DNA from: Chrysomallon squamiferum
Taxonomy: Eukaryota; Animalia; Mollusca
Length of the DNA: 64,000 nt
NCBI GenBank assembly: GCA_012295275.1
Contig: CM022673.1
Coordinates: forward strand, 868,001 to 932,000
Direction: 5' to 3'
Below the pieces are notes generated by a model. It did no database searches. It saw nothing but the letters and a program-made list of their open reading frames with translations, and was not told the origin of the DNA. Below are positions 26,317 to 39,902 of the stretch, piece by piece; the stretch's first letter is position 1, and each line of letters begins with the position of its first letter. Both the position numbers and the translations under genes were made by a program.

Positions 26317-29300
26317 CAGTAGCAAAAATTAAGCTTACATGTATCTGACATTACCCACTGCTATCATACAGCTCTGTTAAAACCCGATCGTATTACACAG
26401 AACTGTATGGCCAGCTTTAATCGACTATGTTTAGTTAATACTGTATCACGTGGAATCATCCTTGACCTGATTCGTGATATTTAATGTCTTGTTTCATGTG
26501 TAATATGCCACTAGACGTTTTTATTTGTTGTTGTAACTGCATTGGTTAATTTAGATAATGAATATATTTAACATGTACTGCAAATTTTAGATATCGATGA
26601 GACTTAATTACAATCTGAGCTATCAGAACATGTACAAAAATGGTTAAAGATCCATTTAAGCGGATTTTGTTTATGTTTGTTAATTCAGTTTATGTACAAA
26701 ATGCAAGAGTAGTGTATTATAAGGTAAAGGTGACATTAAATTAGTTTTAACTGATTTAATTGTTTAAGAACAAAGAATTTCAATTGCTTTACACTGTCTG
26801 CTGGCGATTAATTACCGTATCAAATAGGTTAAAATAAAAGTAATTTTATCACAGAAAAGTTAACAGAGATTATTTTTCTTTAACTTAACAAATGACCTTT
26901 CTGAACTTCAAGAGCAACAGCATATCCAGTTTAAAAGAACAAAACAATGAAGTACAAGTCAGTGTTTTCTAAAGGAAAAGCTACAAACTAATAAATATTT
27001 CCAAATTTGTTTCTCATCTTGTCTTAATAAGATCATGTTGTATTACCGAAAATAGAATTCGAGACAGACTTCGAATTATATTTTCAGTTTCATACTAAAC
27101 ATTTAGCTTCCATTTGAGGACCTTCAACATTGCATATTTAAAATGTTCTTTTAGATAATAATGATTAATTGACTGACAATGCGTTTTGATCATGTACAGA
27201 TCCCGGCCTAGTGTCATTACGTCATCTTGCGACATATATTTCACGTATCGTCCGTCCGTCATCTTTCATTTCATCAGATTTGTTCCTCAGCCTTCTCTCA
27301 CTCTCTCATATCGAGACAATATTAACAAATATTGAACTATAACCAAATGTAATCATCGCTTTCGACAAAGCACGCCATTCTTTAGCAAAATAAGAAAAAC
27401 ATAACCAGGTCTCGTGTATATGCATATATATATCTATAAATGTATGTATGTATGTATGTATGTATGTATGTGTGTATGCGTGTATGCATACATGCATGTA
27501 TGTATTTACATAAACATCTATGTATATATGTACATACGTACGTAAATTAACCTGCATGTTTATGAACTTGCATTTATGCACAGACTGACATAACTGTTTG
27601 CTGCATATGCTTTGAATATCTTTTTTAACTCAGATGTTATTCTAAAGAACCCACAGGGAAGACCTGGTTTAATATTCACTGTGTATGTGTTTATCATATG
27701 TGCATGCACATATATATGGAGGTATGTGTGTATATATGTATGTATGTAAATATGTATACTGTTCATATTTTACCCAATTCATAGAGAGGAAGAAAAAAAA
27801 AAAGATTTACTTTATTGAGGAACCTTTTATTATTTGGGAATTAATTTAAATAAAGTACAAGAATTTTGTGTAATTTCTGTACTGAAGATTAGTACACTTG
27901 CTCCAGGTTATTCCGACCTAACTTACTTATTATTTAAGGAATTTAATTCGGTACACCAGTCTGTTATCAGCCTTTGAAAGAAATACACAAAATGTATTGC
28001 ATCATTACACTAGCACAAAAGTGTTACCTGTAAAGGAAAAAACCCTCGATACTGAGTGAAATAAACGTCCTATGCATGCGATTTTTTAAAGAACTTATTT
28101 AGAAAACGCTTTTATAAGCGTGTTGCCATCAAATATAAATGAAAGAACACAAAACACTCTCTTGCAGCTGTATTCTATTTGATCTTTTCTCTCTATTCCG
28201 TAACGTGTCAAAAGTTTTATATATTATTTGTTTGTTATTTATGAAAAGTTTGCGCATGTTGATCACTTTTCCTCCAGTCAGTATTTTCGTCTAACACAGC
28301 TACCACCTGACACTTTGCTGTTTATTTACACGTTGCCAAACAATCTTTAAAAGAAATGAATATTACGTACCACCTCTTGACGATAATAATTTTGTTTTGG
28401 CAACAGAGCTGTATAAATGGGTAAAACTGAGATACACAAATCATACCACGGACACATTTCAAGACGGTGGAAGGAAAAGCCAAGAAGAAGTCAAAGATGA
28501 AAGCCTTGTTTCTGGTCGTTGTTCTAGCAGGTTAGTTTATTGTACATATGTGTAATGCACATGTCTGACTGTATATTATCATTATATTTGCATCGTAGTA
28601 TTAAAATTCTTATTTTAATATTAATAATTATATTCCATAAATTACTATACCAATGAATAGCAGTAATTTACTACGAGAATATTTTGCTCAATACAACCGT
28701 CTGACTGCATCTGCTCATTTTCGACTGTATTTACTATTGCAGTCGTGTTGTTGTTTTTTCACAAATAATAGAGTAGATAGAAAAGTGAAATTTTAGTTTT
28801 TCTGTTCTAAACCGAGACGATTCATCTTAGATGTCACCCATAAAATCGGTTCATAAATGTTATTACTATTATTCCTATTATTATTGTTGTTATTAATATT
28901 ATTATTAGTAGTAGTAGTATACTTCTTGTGCATCACAGGGATTCTTAGTAAAGAGAAATAACTCAAGATATCCTTTTGTGAACAGATTTTAATGTATCTG
29001 ATGTACAACATACTGATCAAGTGATATTATTTATTTTTCTTCTTTCGTTCTCCAATTTAGTTCTTACTGGATCAGTACAGTCAGAGACGACAACCTGTAA
29101 GACTTGTTATGACACTTTCGCGGCTGCAATTGTTGTATCTTTGGACAGGTGCACGTACGTCTTTCTATTTTCATCATTTACAAACATGTTTTTACGATAA
29201 TCTGTGTATGTATATCGTGGGTCTTATTATGTTCGTTTCTAATTTAATAATTTTTTTTACTATAATTATTTGTTTTTAAATTAACATGTAAAATGTCCCG

Positions 29301-30347
29301 TCTATTCAGATAATATATTTTTCTACATAACAGAAATATTAGTATATCCTTTTGCTAAATAATCAAAATAACCCTCTAAAAAAAAAAGTAAAAAAAGAAA
29401 GAAAATAAATTGTTCATGAATTATTATGTATGTACATTTTAGATGTCATCTTTTATATTTCGTACTAATAATTCCGCGCTATTATACACAAAGGCACGCA
29501 AGCACGCACAGATGTGCAGTCAGACACATAGACACTCTAAAACATGTATTGGTAATTATGTAACATCTGTTCATACTGACAGAACTTCACAGAGAAAATC
29601 TGGCAACCTTCTATTAAATAATTTTTCGTTTCTTTCTCAGAGCGGCTACAACAGCTGCTACGTGTCTTCTTGCTGGAACTGATGCCACTTGTACTGGACA
29701 ATCAACCAACACTGCTGAAAAACAGTTAAAAGAGGGCAGCGGCACAGTGTACAGCATTGCAAAAACTCAAAATTGTGGTAAAATATCACAGAAAAATTAC
29801 ATAAATCATTGTTTTGCCTCTTCCTTATCGTCATCATATTAAGTCTTATCAGTCATCAGATGTCCTTAAATTAATATCATTTTTTTATTCAGATAACAAT
29901 GCGTTTTATAATGTAAATTAAATGAAAAATAATAATATTGTTTTCAGTAATCCTTTCCATAATCATCATCTTCACTTTTATGATCATATAGTCATGCTTG
30001 ATCATGCTGTTATGGGAATCATCATCATTATTATTAAGACCATACGGTCATCATCAATTTCTTCATTACCACGATCATACTCTCTTGATCATACCGTCTT
30101 CATCATCATTTTCATTATCATGATCATACCGTTATCATCATCATCTTCTTCTTCTTCTTCTTCTTTATAATGATCATGCGTCTTCGTCATCACCATCACA
30201 AACCGTTTTGATTATCCTTATCATTTTATGTTAAGTAACATACATTTTATATTGAAAATTAAATGAAAAATAATAACATCTTCATTTTCATAATCATATA
30301 GTCATGATGATCATGATGATTATTACGATCACACCGTTTTGATCATT
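25504..30347 (+). repeat. Near-identical segmental duplication, partner of 1-4842
   Basis: Collinear with the window start. Near-identity ends in intron 3 of copy 4. Confidence 0.9.
28412..28417 (+). promoter_or_regulatory. TATA box of copy 4
   Basis: GCTGTATAAATGG, 80 nt upstream of ATG 28497. Confidence 0.7.
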
Positions 30348-31492
30348 CTCATCATAACTGTGATTATTTTGCGTTACAGATCCTGGAATAACTGATTTGT
30401 GTTCATGTCAAGGAGAATATGCTACTAAGGTGGCTTCCAGAACAAGCACGACATCAAAGGAAACTAAATGCACGTAAGAAGATTTTATTTTACGCTAACT
30501 GTCTGTTTATTTCTTTTTCTGTCTGTCTATCTCTCTGTATATCTGTATAACCCCTGTAATAATTTAAATTGCTAATTTCTAAAAAATGATAATTTTCGTT
30601 TTCCCAACTCAGCGATATATAAACACACACAGAAACATTCCTACATACATATATACATACATACATACATATATACATACATACATACATAAATACATAC
30701 ATACATACATACATATATACATACATAACTGTACGAATAAATGCATGTACACATGGGTGTGTGAAGTTGTTATTGTTTCATGTGTGCCAATCACGAACAC
30801 AAAATACTACAAGACATGTGTCTCTGTTATATATGTATAAATACATATAAGCATATTTTGTATATGGGGGTGTTGCTGATAAAAAACAGATAATGTTAGC
30901 TGTATTGTTTTATGTTTTCTTCATTCAGCGAAGCCAAAGCCTACAAGACCTGTGTAGTTGGAAAAGATGCCGCAATGAAAGCCTGTGATGGAAACACACT
31001 GCAGCCTGCTATTAAAACTGAAGCCGAGGCAAAGGTTACAGAATTGTGTAAGTATTAGTGTTAGCATAATCCTGTTTTGTTTTATTCATACATTCTAAAT
31101 TAATAATTTATTTATATTACATTAGTCCAAAATGAAACAATTTATTTATTCCGAGGAAAATTTTCTAAGTTTCATTTATTTATTATTTATGTATTTACTG
31201 ACCGATTGAGTTATTTAGTTTTCCACTGCAAAAGATTTCTTGTCAGATAAGTATAGTTTTAAAAATTAAAATAAAATCTGATATTTAAATTGTAAATTAA
31301 TATATGCCATCTCAGTATATTAAACTAAGTCTTTTTTTTTAAACTGCAACACACATAACTGACTGGTTATTAAGTCATTTTCACTTTTCTGTTTTGTTTT
31401 CAGGTAATAAAGGAATCTCTGTGGTTCTTGGAGTCAAACAATTTCTGATGATGATCGCTTTGGCTGTGTTTCAGAACTATTTGAAATATTAA
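28497..31492 (+). CDS. Copy 4: intact 188-aa paralog
   Basis: Exons 28497-28530, 29061-29154, 29641-29777, 30380-30473, 30929-31047, 31404-31492 (567 nt, open). Exons 1-3 are as copy 1 without the frameshift, then DPGITDLCSCQGEYATKVASRTSTTSKETKCTEAKAYKTCVVGKDAAMKACDGNTLQPAIKTEAEAKVTELCNKGISVVLGVKQFLMMIALAVFQNYLKY. Confidence 0.92.
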
Positions 31493-31785
31493 TGTTTGTC
31501 CTGATACGTCAAACTGACGAACTCTTTTCTCTGTAAAACTCACAGTTTCTGTTTTGTCGTCTGTTTCTAATCATGAACCAATAGACGTGTTTTGAAATTT
31601 ATTTTATCCTGACCTAGCAGTAACCAAGTTTTATTTATTATACTTAAATATATATATCTAATGGATATATGAAGTGAACTGAATTCACTGAATGCTACAT
31701 CCATTTTTTAATTAATGTATTTTAAAGTTTTAAGCTAGATGTGTAATAAAATATAAAATTAAATATGATTCTAGTTTCATTTCTA

Positions 31786-31839
<54 letters not shown>

Positions 31840-32315
31840 GTAATGTCTTTGCATATATATATATTTTGTCTGTCTCTCTGTATGTACGTATGTATGTATG
31901 TATGTACGTACGTAAGTATCTTTCTGAAACCCTATATTTGTATATGTGTGTTTTAGTGTGTATGTTTATGTAATAATAACAACAAAAACAAGACTCCTAG
32001 TACTGCTACTACTACTATTAATAATGATAATAATAATAATAATAATAGTAACAACAAAATTAACAATGATAATAATAATAATAAAATTAATAATAATAAA
32101 ATGAGAATTACCAGTATTCATATAAAATGCTGGTTCTTATGTAAATTTATTCCGGTTAGGAATGTTCGTTTATCTCCGTGTTCAACGGTCTTTACACCTC
32201 CTTAATTCAGGGGAGATAAATAACGAACTTCTATACCCAGTTTACCAGTAGTCTCCCTTCTGCATTAGAATCTAAGAAGCCATAATTGTGTCTTGAGTGT
32301 CTAAATAACTTTCGA

Positions 32316-32352
<37 letters not shown>

Positions 32353-33465
32353 GTAATACCAGTAGCAAAAATTAAGCTTACATGTATCTAAGATTATCCA
32401 CTGTTATCATACAGTTCTGTTCAAACCGGATCGTATTACACAGAATTGTATGGCCAGATTTAATCGCCTATGTTTAGTTATTACTGTATCACGTGGAATC
32501 ATCCTTGACCTGTATCGTGATGTTTAATGTCAGGTTTCACGTGTAATATGCAATTAGACTTTTTATTTGTTGTTGTAACTGCATTGGTTAATTTAGATAA
32601 TGAATATATTTAATATGTACTGCAAATTTTTGATATCGTTGAGACTTAATTACAATCTGAGCTATGTGAACATGTCCAAAAATAGTTAGAGATCCATTTA
32701 AGCGGATTTTGTTTTTGTTTGTTAATTCAGTTTATGTACAAAATGCAAGAGTAGTGTATTATAAAGTAAAGGTGACATTAAATTAGTTTTAACTGATTTA
32801 ATTGTTTAAGAACAAAGAATTTCAGTTGCTTTACACTGTCTGCTAGCGATTAATTACCGTATCAAATAGGTTAAAATAAAAGTAATTTTATCACAGAAAA
32901 GTTAACAGTGATTATTTTTCGTTAACTTAACAAATGACCTTTCTGAATTTCAAGAGCAACAGCATGTCCAGTTTAAAAGGACAAAACAATGAAGTACAAG
33001 TCAGTGTTTTCTAAAGCAAAAGCTACAAACTAATGAATATTTCAAAACAAAATTCTCATCTTATCTTAATAAGATCATGTTGTATTACCGAAAATAAAAT
33101 TCGAGACAGACAGACTTCGAATTATATTTTCAGATTCATACTAAACATTTAGCTTCTATTTGAGGACATTCCACATTGCATATATAAAATTTTCTTTCAG
33201 ATAATAATTATTAATTGACTGACATTGCGTTTTGATCATGTACAGATCCCGGCTTAGTGTCATTACGTCATCTTGCGACATACATTTCACGTATCGTCCG
33301 TCTATCTTTCATTTCATCAGATTTCTTCCTCAGCTTTCTCTCACTCCTCTCTATGGCTTTTCTTCCTTTTTGAGATATAATTTATCCTCTACTTTTCTAA
33401 CCATTAAAACAATAATAATAATAATAATAATAATAATGGTAACAATAATAATAATAATAATAATA

Positions 33466-33555
<90 letters not shown>

Positions 33556-33945
33556 AAACTAAGGAAAATAACTCCCAGTGGAAAACAGTTTAAAACTATT
33601 TATCTTCCTCAATCTGTTTGCATTTTAGTGTCTAAAGTGTTTAATTTTTACATATTTAATAGTAATAACCGTATTTGTATGTCCATGTAGGTTTGTATTT
33701 ATTTATGTATGCATGTATTCATGTATGTATGTATCCATGTATGCATGTATGTGTGTATGTTTGCATGTATGCATGTATGTATGTATGCATGTATGTGTGT
33801 ATGTATGCTTGTATGCATCTATGTATGTATGCATTTGAGAATTTGAATATTCTCTGTGTTATGTACTTTTTATTAGACTCTAGTCATAGACAATATTCGG
33901 GAACCACTGTACAAATTTCGATCACGACCTGACAGACCGCTCTCA

Positions 33946-34015
33946 GATGCCGCTGACGAGACTCGAACGTATGGCGCCCATTCGTCATGAGTTACCGTTC
34001 GGTCACCAAGATAAC
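33946..34015 (-). mobile_element. Second copy of the tRNA-derived SINE-like head
   Basis: Paralog of 8233-8300 inside the duplicated spacer, with B box GTTCGAGTC on the minus strand. Confidence 0.5.
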
Positions 34016-34606
34016 CTTAAAAAAATATATGTATATGTATATATGTATGTATTTCTGCATGTATGTATGTATGTATTTATGTATGTATGTACATACAAAC
34101 ATACATAGCCAACAACTTTCAAAAGTGAATAGTGTTTATTATGAATATATTTGAAAATATGTATCACATAACTATCATATAAATATAAAGTTACTTTTGT
34201 TCATGTTTTGTGTCCTATAAAATTAACAAACCAGATACACAAGCATAGAAAAACCAGATATACACACAAACATACATGCATACAGATTTAGTGCTTTTCA
34301 ATAAGATACAATCAGAACTACGTTAGGGATAAACACGGTGAAAAATACATAAAAAATCTTCATTGTTATTTTTCTTTGATTTGTTCAGAAAATCATTGTA
34401 CTTCGTCACTCCTTACTGCGTTTCGATATAACGACAAATATTCAGCCATCTATTAAATTAATGCGATGATGCAAGAAGATAAATAAGAAGAAAAAGGAAA
34501 AGAATTATATTGGGCAAATAATACGTAACTTTAGGGTCGATTTTCTTTCCATTCAAATCCGCAAAATCAATGGATTTTTTTTTTTATTTATTTATTTATG
34601 AATTTC

Positions 34607-34644
<38 letters not shown>

Positions 34645-35404
34645 TTATGGTACTTTTCTTACATCATTTTAAATGGAAAGCAGTAAAACTAGGTGCTTTT
34701 TGAAAATGTATTAAAAATATAAATGCAATTTTAAAATATTATGCCCGACATTTTGAAATATTTTGACGAAACAACTACAGTATCAAACTTTTCTGCCCTG
34801 CATTCTGAATACAGCAATATGATTACTGTATTTAAATCCAGTAACCTATATTCTGAGTATTAAAATCTAGCGTCGAAAATTCTGAAATATTTTAACAATA
34901 TGAATACTGTAAAATCCAGTATCCTATATTTTGAAACTATTCAAGCATATTAAAATCTAATATCCAAAGTTATTATATATGTTAACAGTATGGTTGCATT
35001 AGGTATCAGGTTCTATATGTTGAATATTTTGAAATGAAAGAATACATTACTAATTAACGAAAAATCTAATATTCTGACACTACTTTAACTAGTATAGAAG
35101 ATTAACAGTAAGAATACAATATTAAAATATTATGTCCAGGATATATAGGGTTCTATGTATTTTGAAAACATTGTAACTATAGAAGGTTACAATTCCGTGT
35201 TGTCTTATCTCACAGGCTGAAAAGGACTTTAGCAAAATAAGAGTAAAATAACCAGATCTCGTGTAATAACCAGCTATCATCGATGACATTCACTGAATCA
35301 AGTCAGTACACGATTTTTTGTCTTATTTTTTCATCACCTGCAGCTATATGCATTTTACATATATGTATCTTTGTTTGTTTGTATGTATGTATGTATGTAT
35401 GTAT

Positions 35405-35604
35405 NNNNNNNNNNNNNNNNNNNNNNNNNNNNNNNNNNNNNNNNNNNNNNNNNNNNNNNNNNNNNNNNNNNNNNNNNNNNNNNNNNNNNNNNNNNNNNNN
35501 NNNNNNNNNNNNNNNNNNNNNNNNNNNNNNNNNNNNNNNNNNNNNNNNNNNNNNNNNNNNNNNNNNNNNNNNNNNNNNNNNNNNNNNNNNNNNNNNNNNN
35601 NNNN
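35405..35604. other. Assembly gap (200 N)
   Basis: Run of N starting within a (TATG)n tract. Confidence 0.99.
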
Positions 35605-36309
35605 TAGACTCTGCACATAGACAATATTTGAGAACGGAATGGCGCAGGAGGACAAAGTCCAGTCAAGTCTTCACATATATGTTTATATGTATGTATGTAT
35701 GTATGTATGTTTATCTGTATGTATGTATGTATGTTTTTAAGTATGTATGTATGTATGTATGTAAGTATGTATGTATGTATGTATCTATGTAGGTATGTAT
35801 TTAAATATGTATATATGTATGTATGTTTATGTGTATGTATGTATGTATGTATGTATGTATGTTTTCTGAGGAATGTTTTATTATTTTAATAAACTTCTGT
35901 ATTGAAGTTTAGTACACTTGCTCCAGGTTACACCGAAGGAACCGAAATTAAAATATTAATCAGCCTTTGATAGCAATACACAAAACGTATTGCTTCAGTT
36001 CACTAGCACAAAAGTATTACGCGTAAATGAAGAACGACACGATATTGAGTGAAAAAAACGTCCTAGGTGAGCGATTTTGTAAAGCTGCCTATTTGAAAAA
36101 CGCTTTTGAAGCGTGTTGCCATAAAATATAAATGAAAGAACACAAAACACTCTCTTGCAACTGTATTCTATTTGATCTTTTCTCTCTGTTCCTGTCTATA
36201 AACTTGTCAGAACTTTTATATATTATTTAAATTCTGATCCAATTTCAGAGTTAATTTTGAAAGCTATTAACAGCCTAGATGATAACAACAACACAACAAA
36301 GAAATCAAT

Positions 36310-36352
<43 letters not shown>

Positions 36353-36867
36353 AAAGATGCACACACTGATACACATATAACAAACGTTTATAACAGAAAA
36401 GATGTGATAGCAGGGGAATGTGGTGAAAATCAAGCAATACTTTTAACTTTACTTATTGACTGTAAGCCTCTATGAATTGTCTTAATTACGATAAATGAAA
36501 GATGAATGTATAAATAAGTTGCTTCATCATTTACACAGCAGAAAGCTGCATTACGTAAAGAAAAACATTTTTCAAACACTCTGTTATCACAGAGGCCTTT
36601 CTTTCGTTTTATTATTTTATTTATTTGTAGAGACTAATAAAGAATAAATAGTTCAAGACAGAATAGATCTTTTGAAAAGGTTTAGACTCGGGAACATTTG
36701 TGAACTGTCTGGTGTTGGCTTTTCAACTATGTACGGCTGGTACAGTTTCCAGTTTATTTGTGCACTATATTAAAATTTGAAAAAAAGGTAAGTTCCATTC
36801 GTCGGCACGCCACTGCCCCCAAAGATGCCGATTCTCGGAAAATTTTACATACATACATACATGTGTG

Positions 36868-36898
<31 letters not shown>

Positions 36899-37459
36899 TT
36901 GTGTGTTGTGTCTAAAAATAAAGTGATAAGAGTGATGAAGATAACAAAAGTAACAACAATAACAGCAATAATAAAAATAAGAAGAAGAAGAAGAACAACA
37001 ACAACAACAACAACATAATGGGATACTGCTAAAAATATATATAAGGAAAAATTCAAATATATTCACCACCGATTTTTTGTAGTGTTTTTAGTAGGCTTTT
37101 TGAAGAAAGATTCTTCTGGCATTGTCTGCAACGGGAACACGAACCAGATAAAACATGTTTCTTTTATTTATTGATTTTTTAAAAAATTTTACACTTTCTA
37201 CGAATTACCTTTGTCAGTAACGATTCTTACCATCGATTTGATGCTAGCTGAAACATATCAACAGATATCTATCTGTTTCGTTTCAGTGACGTAGATATTT
37301 TCATTTATACTAATATTATTAATACTCATAACACTGTGAATAATTATATTACTTATAATAATAACAGCAGCATGACATTATTAAATATCAAACTGAAACT
37401 GATATTAATATAACGTGTTTAAGCATGATCAATACCAATGAGGCTTTAAGGTGGAAAAG

Positions 37460-38199
37460 GACGTGATGACACTAAGCCGGGATCCGAACATGATGAAAAT
37501 ACAATGTGAGTAAAAGCTGGTAAAGAATATCTTAAAGATGTCACTGTTATGTGAAAGAAATTTTTAAATAAGCTAAATATTTAGTATCAAACTGACAATA
37601 ATATGTAAGAAATATCATTTGACGTCCATCTTTCTCTAATTATTATTTTTTTTTAATTGCTGATGAAAAATTGGGCAGTAATTATTAGTTTGTAGTTATT
37701 CCGTTAAAATATGTTGGCTATTGCTTTTGAAATTCAGAAAGAAGAGATGTTAGATAAACGAAATATTAATACGAAAAAGAATAGTTGTGAAAAAAATGTA
37801 GCATAGATACCGCCACAGTGTCGTACGTGGCTATGAAAAATAAAAAATAAATTAGCATACTCCCGCCCCTTAACTTTTCTGTTTACAGTGTCGTCCATGG
37901 CTACCATCAGACTAAGACAATGAAGTAACTGATAGTGCTCCCATGAAAAGTTTGTGTATGTTCATCACTTTTTCCTTCAGTCAGTATTTTCCCCTAATAG
38001 AGATACTATCTGATACTTTGTTGTTTTCGTCGAATTATATTTCCTATATAAATTATATTTCAGTTTCATACTAAACATTCAGCTTCTATTTGAGGACATT
38101 CCACATTGCATATATAAAATTTTCTTTCAGATAATAATGATTAATTGACTGACATTGCGTTTTCATCATGTACAGATCCCGGCCTAGTGTCATTACGTC
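37460..38199. mobile_element. Second copy of the foldback/MITE-like element
   Basis: Same inverted arms as 11892-12676. Confidence 0.55.
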
Positions 38200-39817
38200 A
38201 TCTTGCGACATACATTTCACGTATCGTCCGTCCGTCATCTTTCATTTCATCAGATTTCTTCCTCAGCTTTCTCTCACTCCTCTCTAAGACTTTTCTTCGT
38301 TTTTGAGATATAAATTATCCTCCACTTTTCTAACCATTAAATATATATATGTATGTATATAAGTATGTATGTATGTAGGTAGGTATGTATGTATGTATGT
38401 ATGTGTGTGTGTATGCGTGTATGCATACATGCATATATGTATTTATATAAACATCTATGTATATATGTACATACGTACGTAAATTAACCTGCATGTTTAT
38501 GAACTTGTATTTATGCACAGACTGACATAACTGTTTGCTGGATGTGCTTTGAATATCTTTTTTAACTCAGATGTTATTCTAAAGAACCCACAGAGAAGAC
38601 CTGGTTTAATATTCACTATGTATGTGTGTATGATATGTGTATGCATATATGTATGTAGGTATGTGTGTATATATGTATGTATGTAAATATGTATACTGTT
38701 CATATTTTACACAATTCATGGAGAGGAAGAAAAAAAACAAAAAGATTTAGTTTATTGAGGAACTTTTTATTATTTGGGAATTAATTTAAATAAAGTACAA
38801 GAATTTTGTGTAATTTCTGTACTGAAGATTAGTACACTTGCTACAGGTTATTCCGACCTAACTTAATTATTATTTAAGGGATTTAATTCAGTACACCAGT
38901 CTGTTATCAGCCTTTGAAAGAAATACACAAAATGTATTGCATCAGTTCACTAGCACAAAAGTGTTACATGTAAAGGAAAAAACCCTCGATATTGAGTGAA
39001 ATAAACGTCCTATACATGCGGTTTTTTAAAGCTGCTTATTTAAAAAACGCTTTTGAAGCGTGTTGCCATAAAATATCAAATGACACTAAGCTTGGACCTG
39101 TACATGATAAAAACTCACTGTCAGTAATAGTTAATAAAGAATATGTTAAATAAGTCATTCTTTTCTGAAAGAAAATTTTTAATATGTAGTGTGGAAGGTC
39201 CTCAGATAGAAGCTGAATGTTTAGTATTAAACTCTCATAAATTTTTTTCACAATAATTTATTTCGACATGCATCTTTCTAGAATACGTTTTCTTTAATAA
39301 AATATGATCTTATTAAGAACTGATGAGACAGAAACAAACCAGTATATATTAGTTTGTAATTCTTCCTTTAAAATATGTTGGCTATTACTTTTGAAATTCA
39401 GAAAGAAGAGAAGTTAAGTAAACGAAATATTAATACGAAAAAGAATAGTTGTGAAAAAAATGTAGCATAGATTCCGCCACCATTGTCATCAGTGTTTACG
39501 CAGTGTCGTTAAAAAAGAAATTAGCATACTCCCGCCCCTTAACATTTCTGTTCACAGTGTCGCCCATGGCTAACATCAGTCTCAGACAATGAAGTAACTG
39601 ATAGCTCCTCCCATTACTAACTCTACCATTGGTGGTTTGTTATTTATGAAAAGTTTGCGCATGTTCATCACTTTTTCCTCCAGTCAGTATTTTCGCCTAG
39701 GACAGATACCACCTGACACTTTGCTGTTTATTTACACGTTGCCAAACAATCTTTAAAAGAAATCAATATTACGTACCACCTCTTGACGATAATAATTTTG
39801 TTTTGGCATCAGAACTG

Positions 39818-39823
39818 TATAAA
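39818..39823 (+). promoter_or_regulatory. TATA box of copy 5
   Basis: ACTGTATAAATGG, 80 nt upstream of ATG 39903. Confidence 0.7.
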
Positions 39824-39902
39824 TGGGCAAAACTGAGATACACAAATCATACCACGGACACATTTCAAGACGTTGGAAGGAAAAGCCAAGAAGAAGTCAA
39901 AG

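Noticed and set aside
33232-33690. 152-aa ORF with poly-I and (ER)n; similar poly-L/I/SL ORFs at 49794-50098, 51741-53276, 57841-58360
   Set aside because: Open only because of (AAT)n, (GA)n and (CT)n repeats.
35283-35792. Long ORFs across 35.3-35.8 kb
   Set aside because: Artefact of the 200-N gap.
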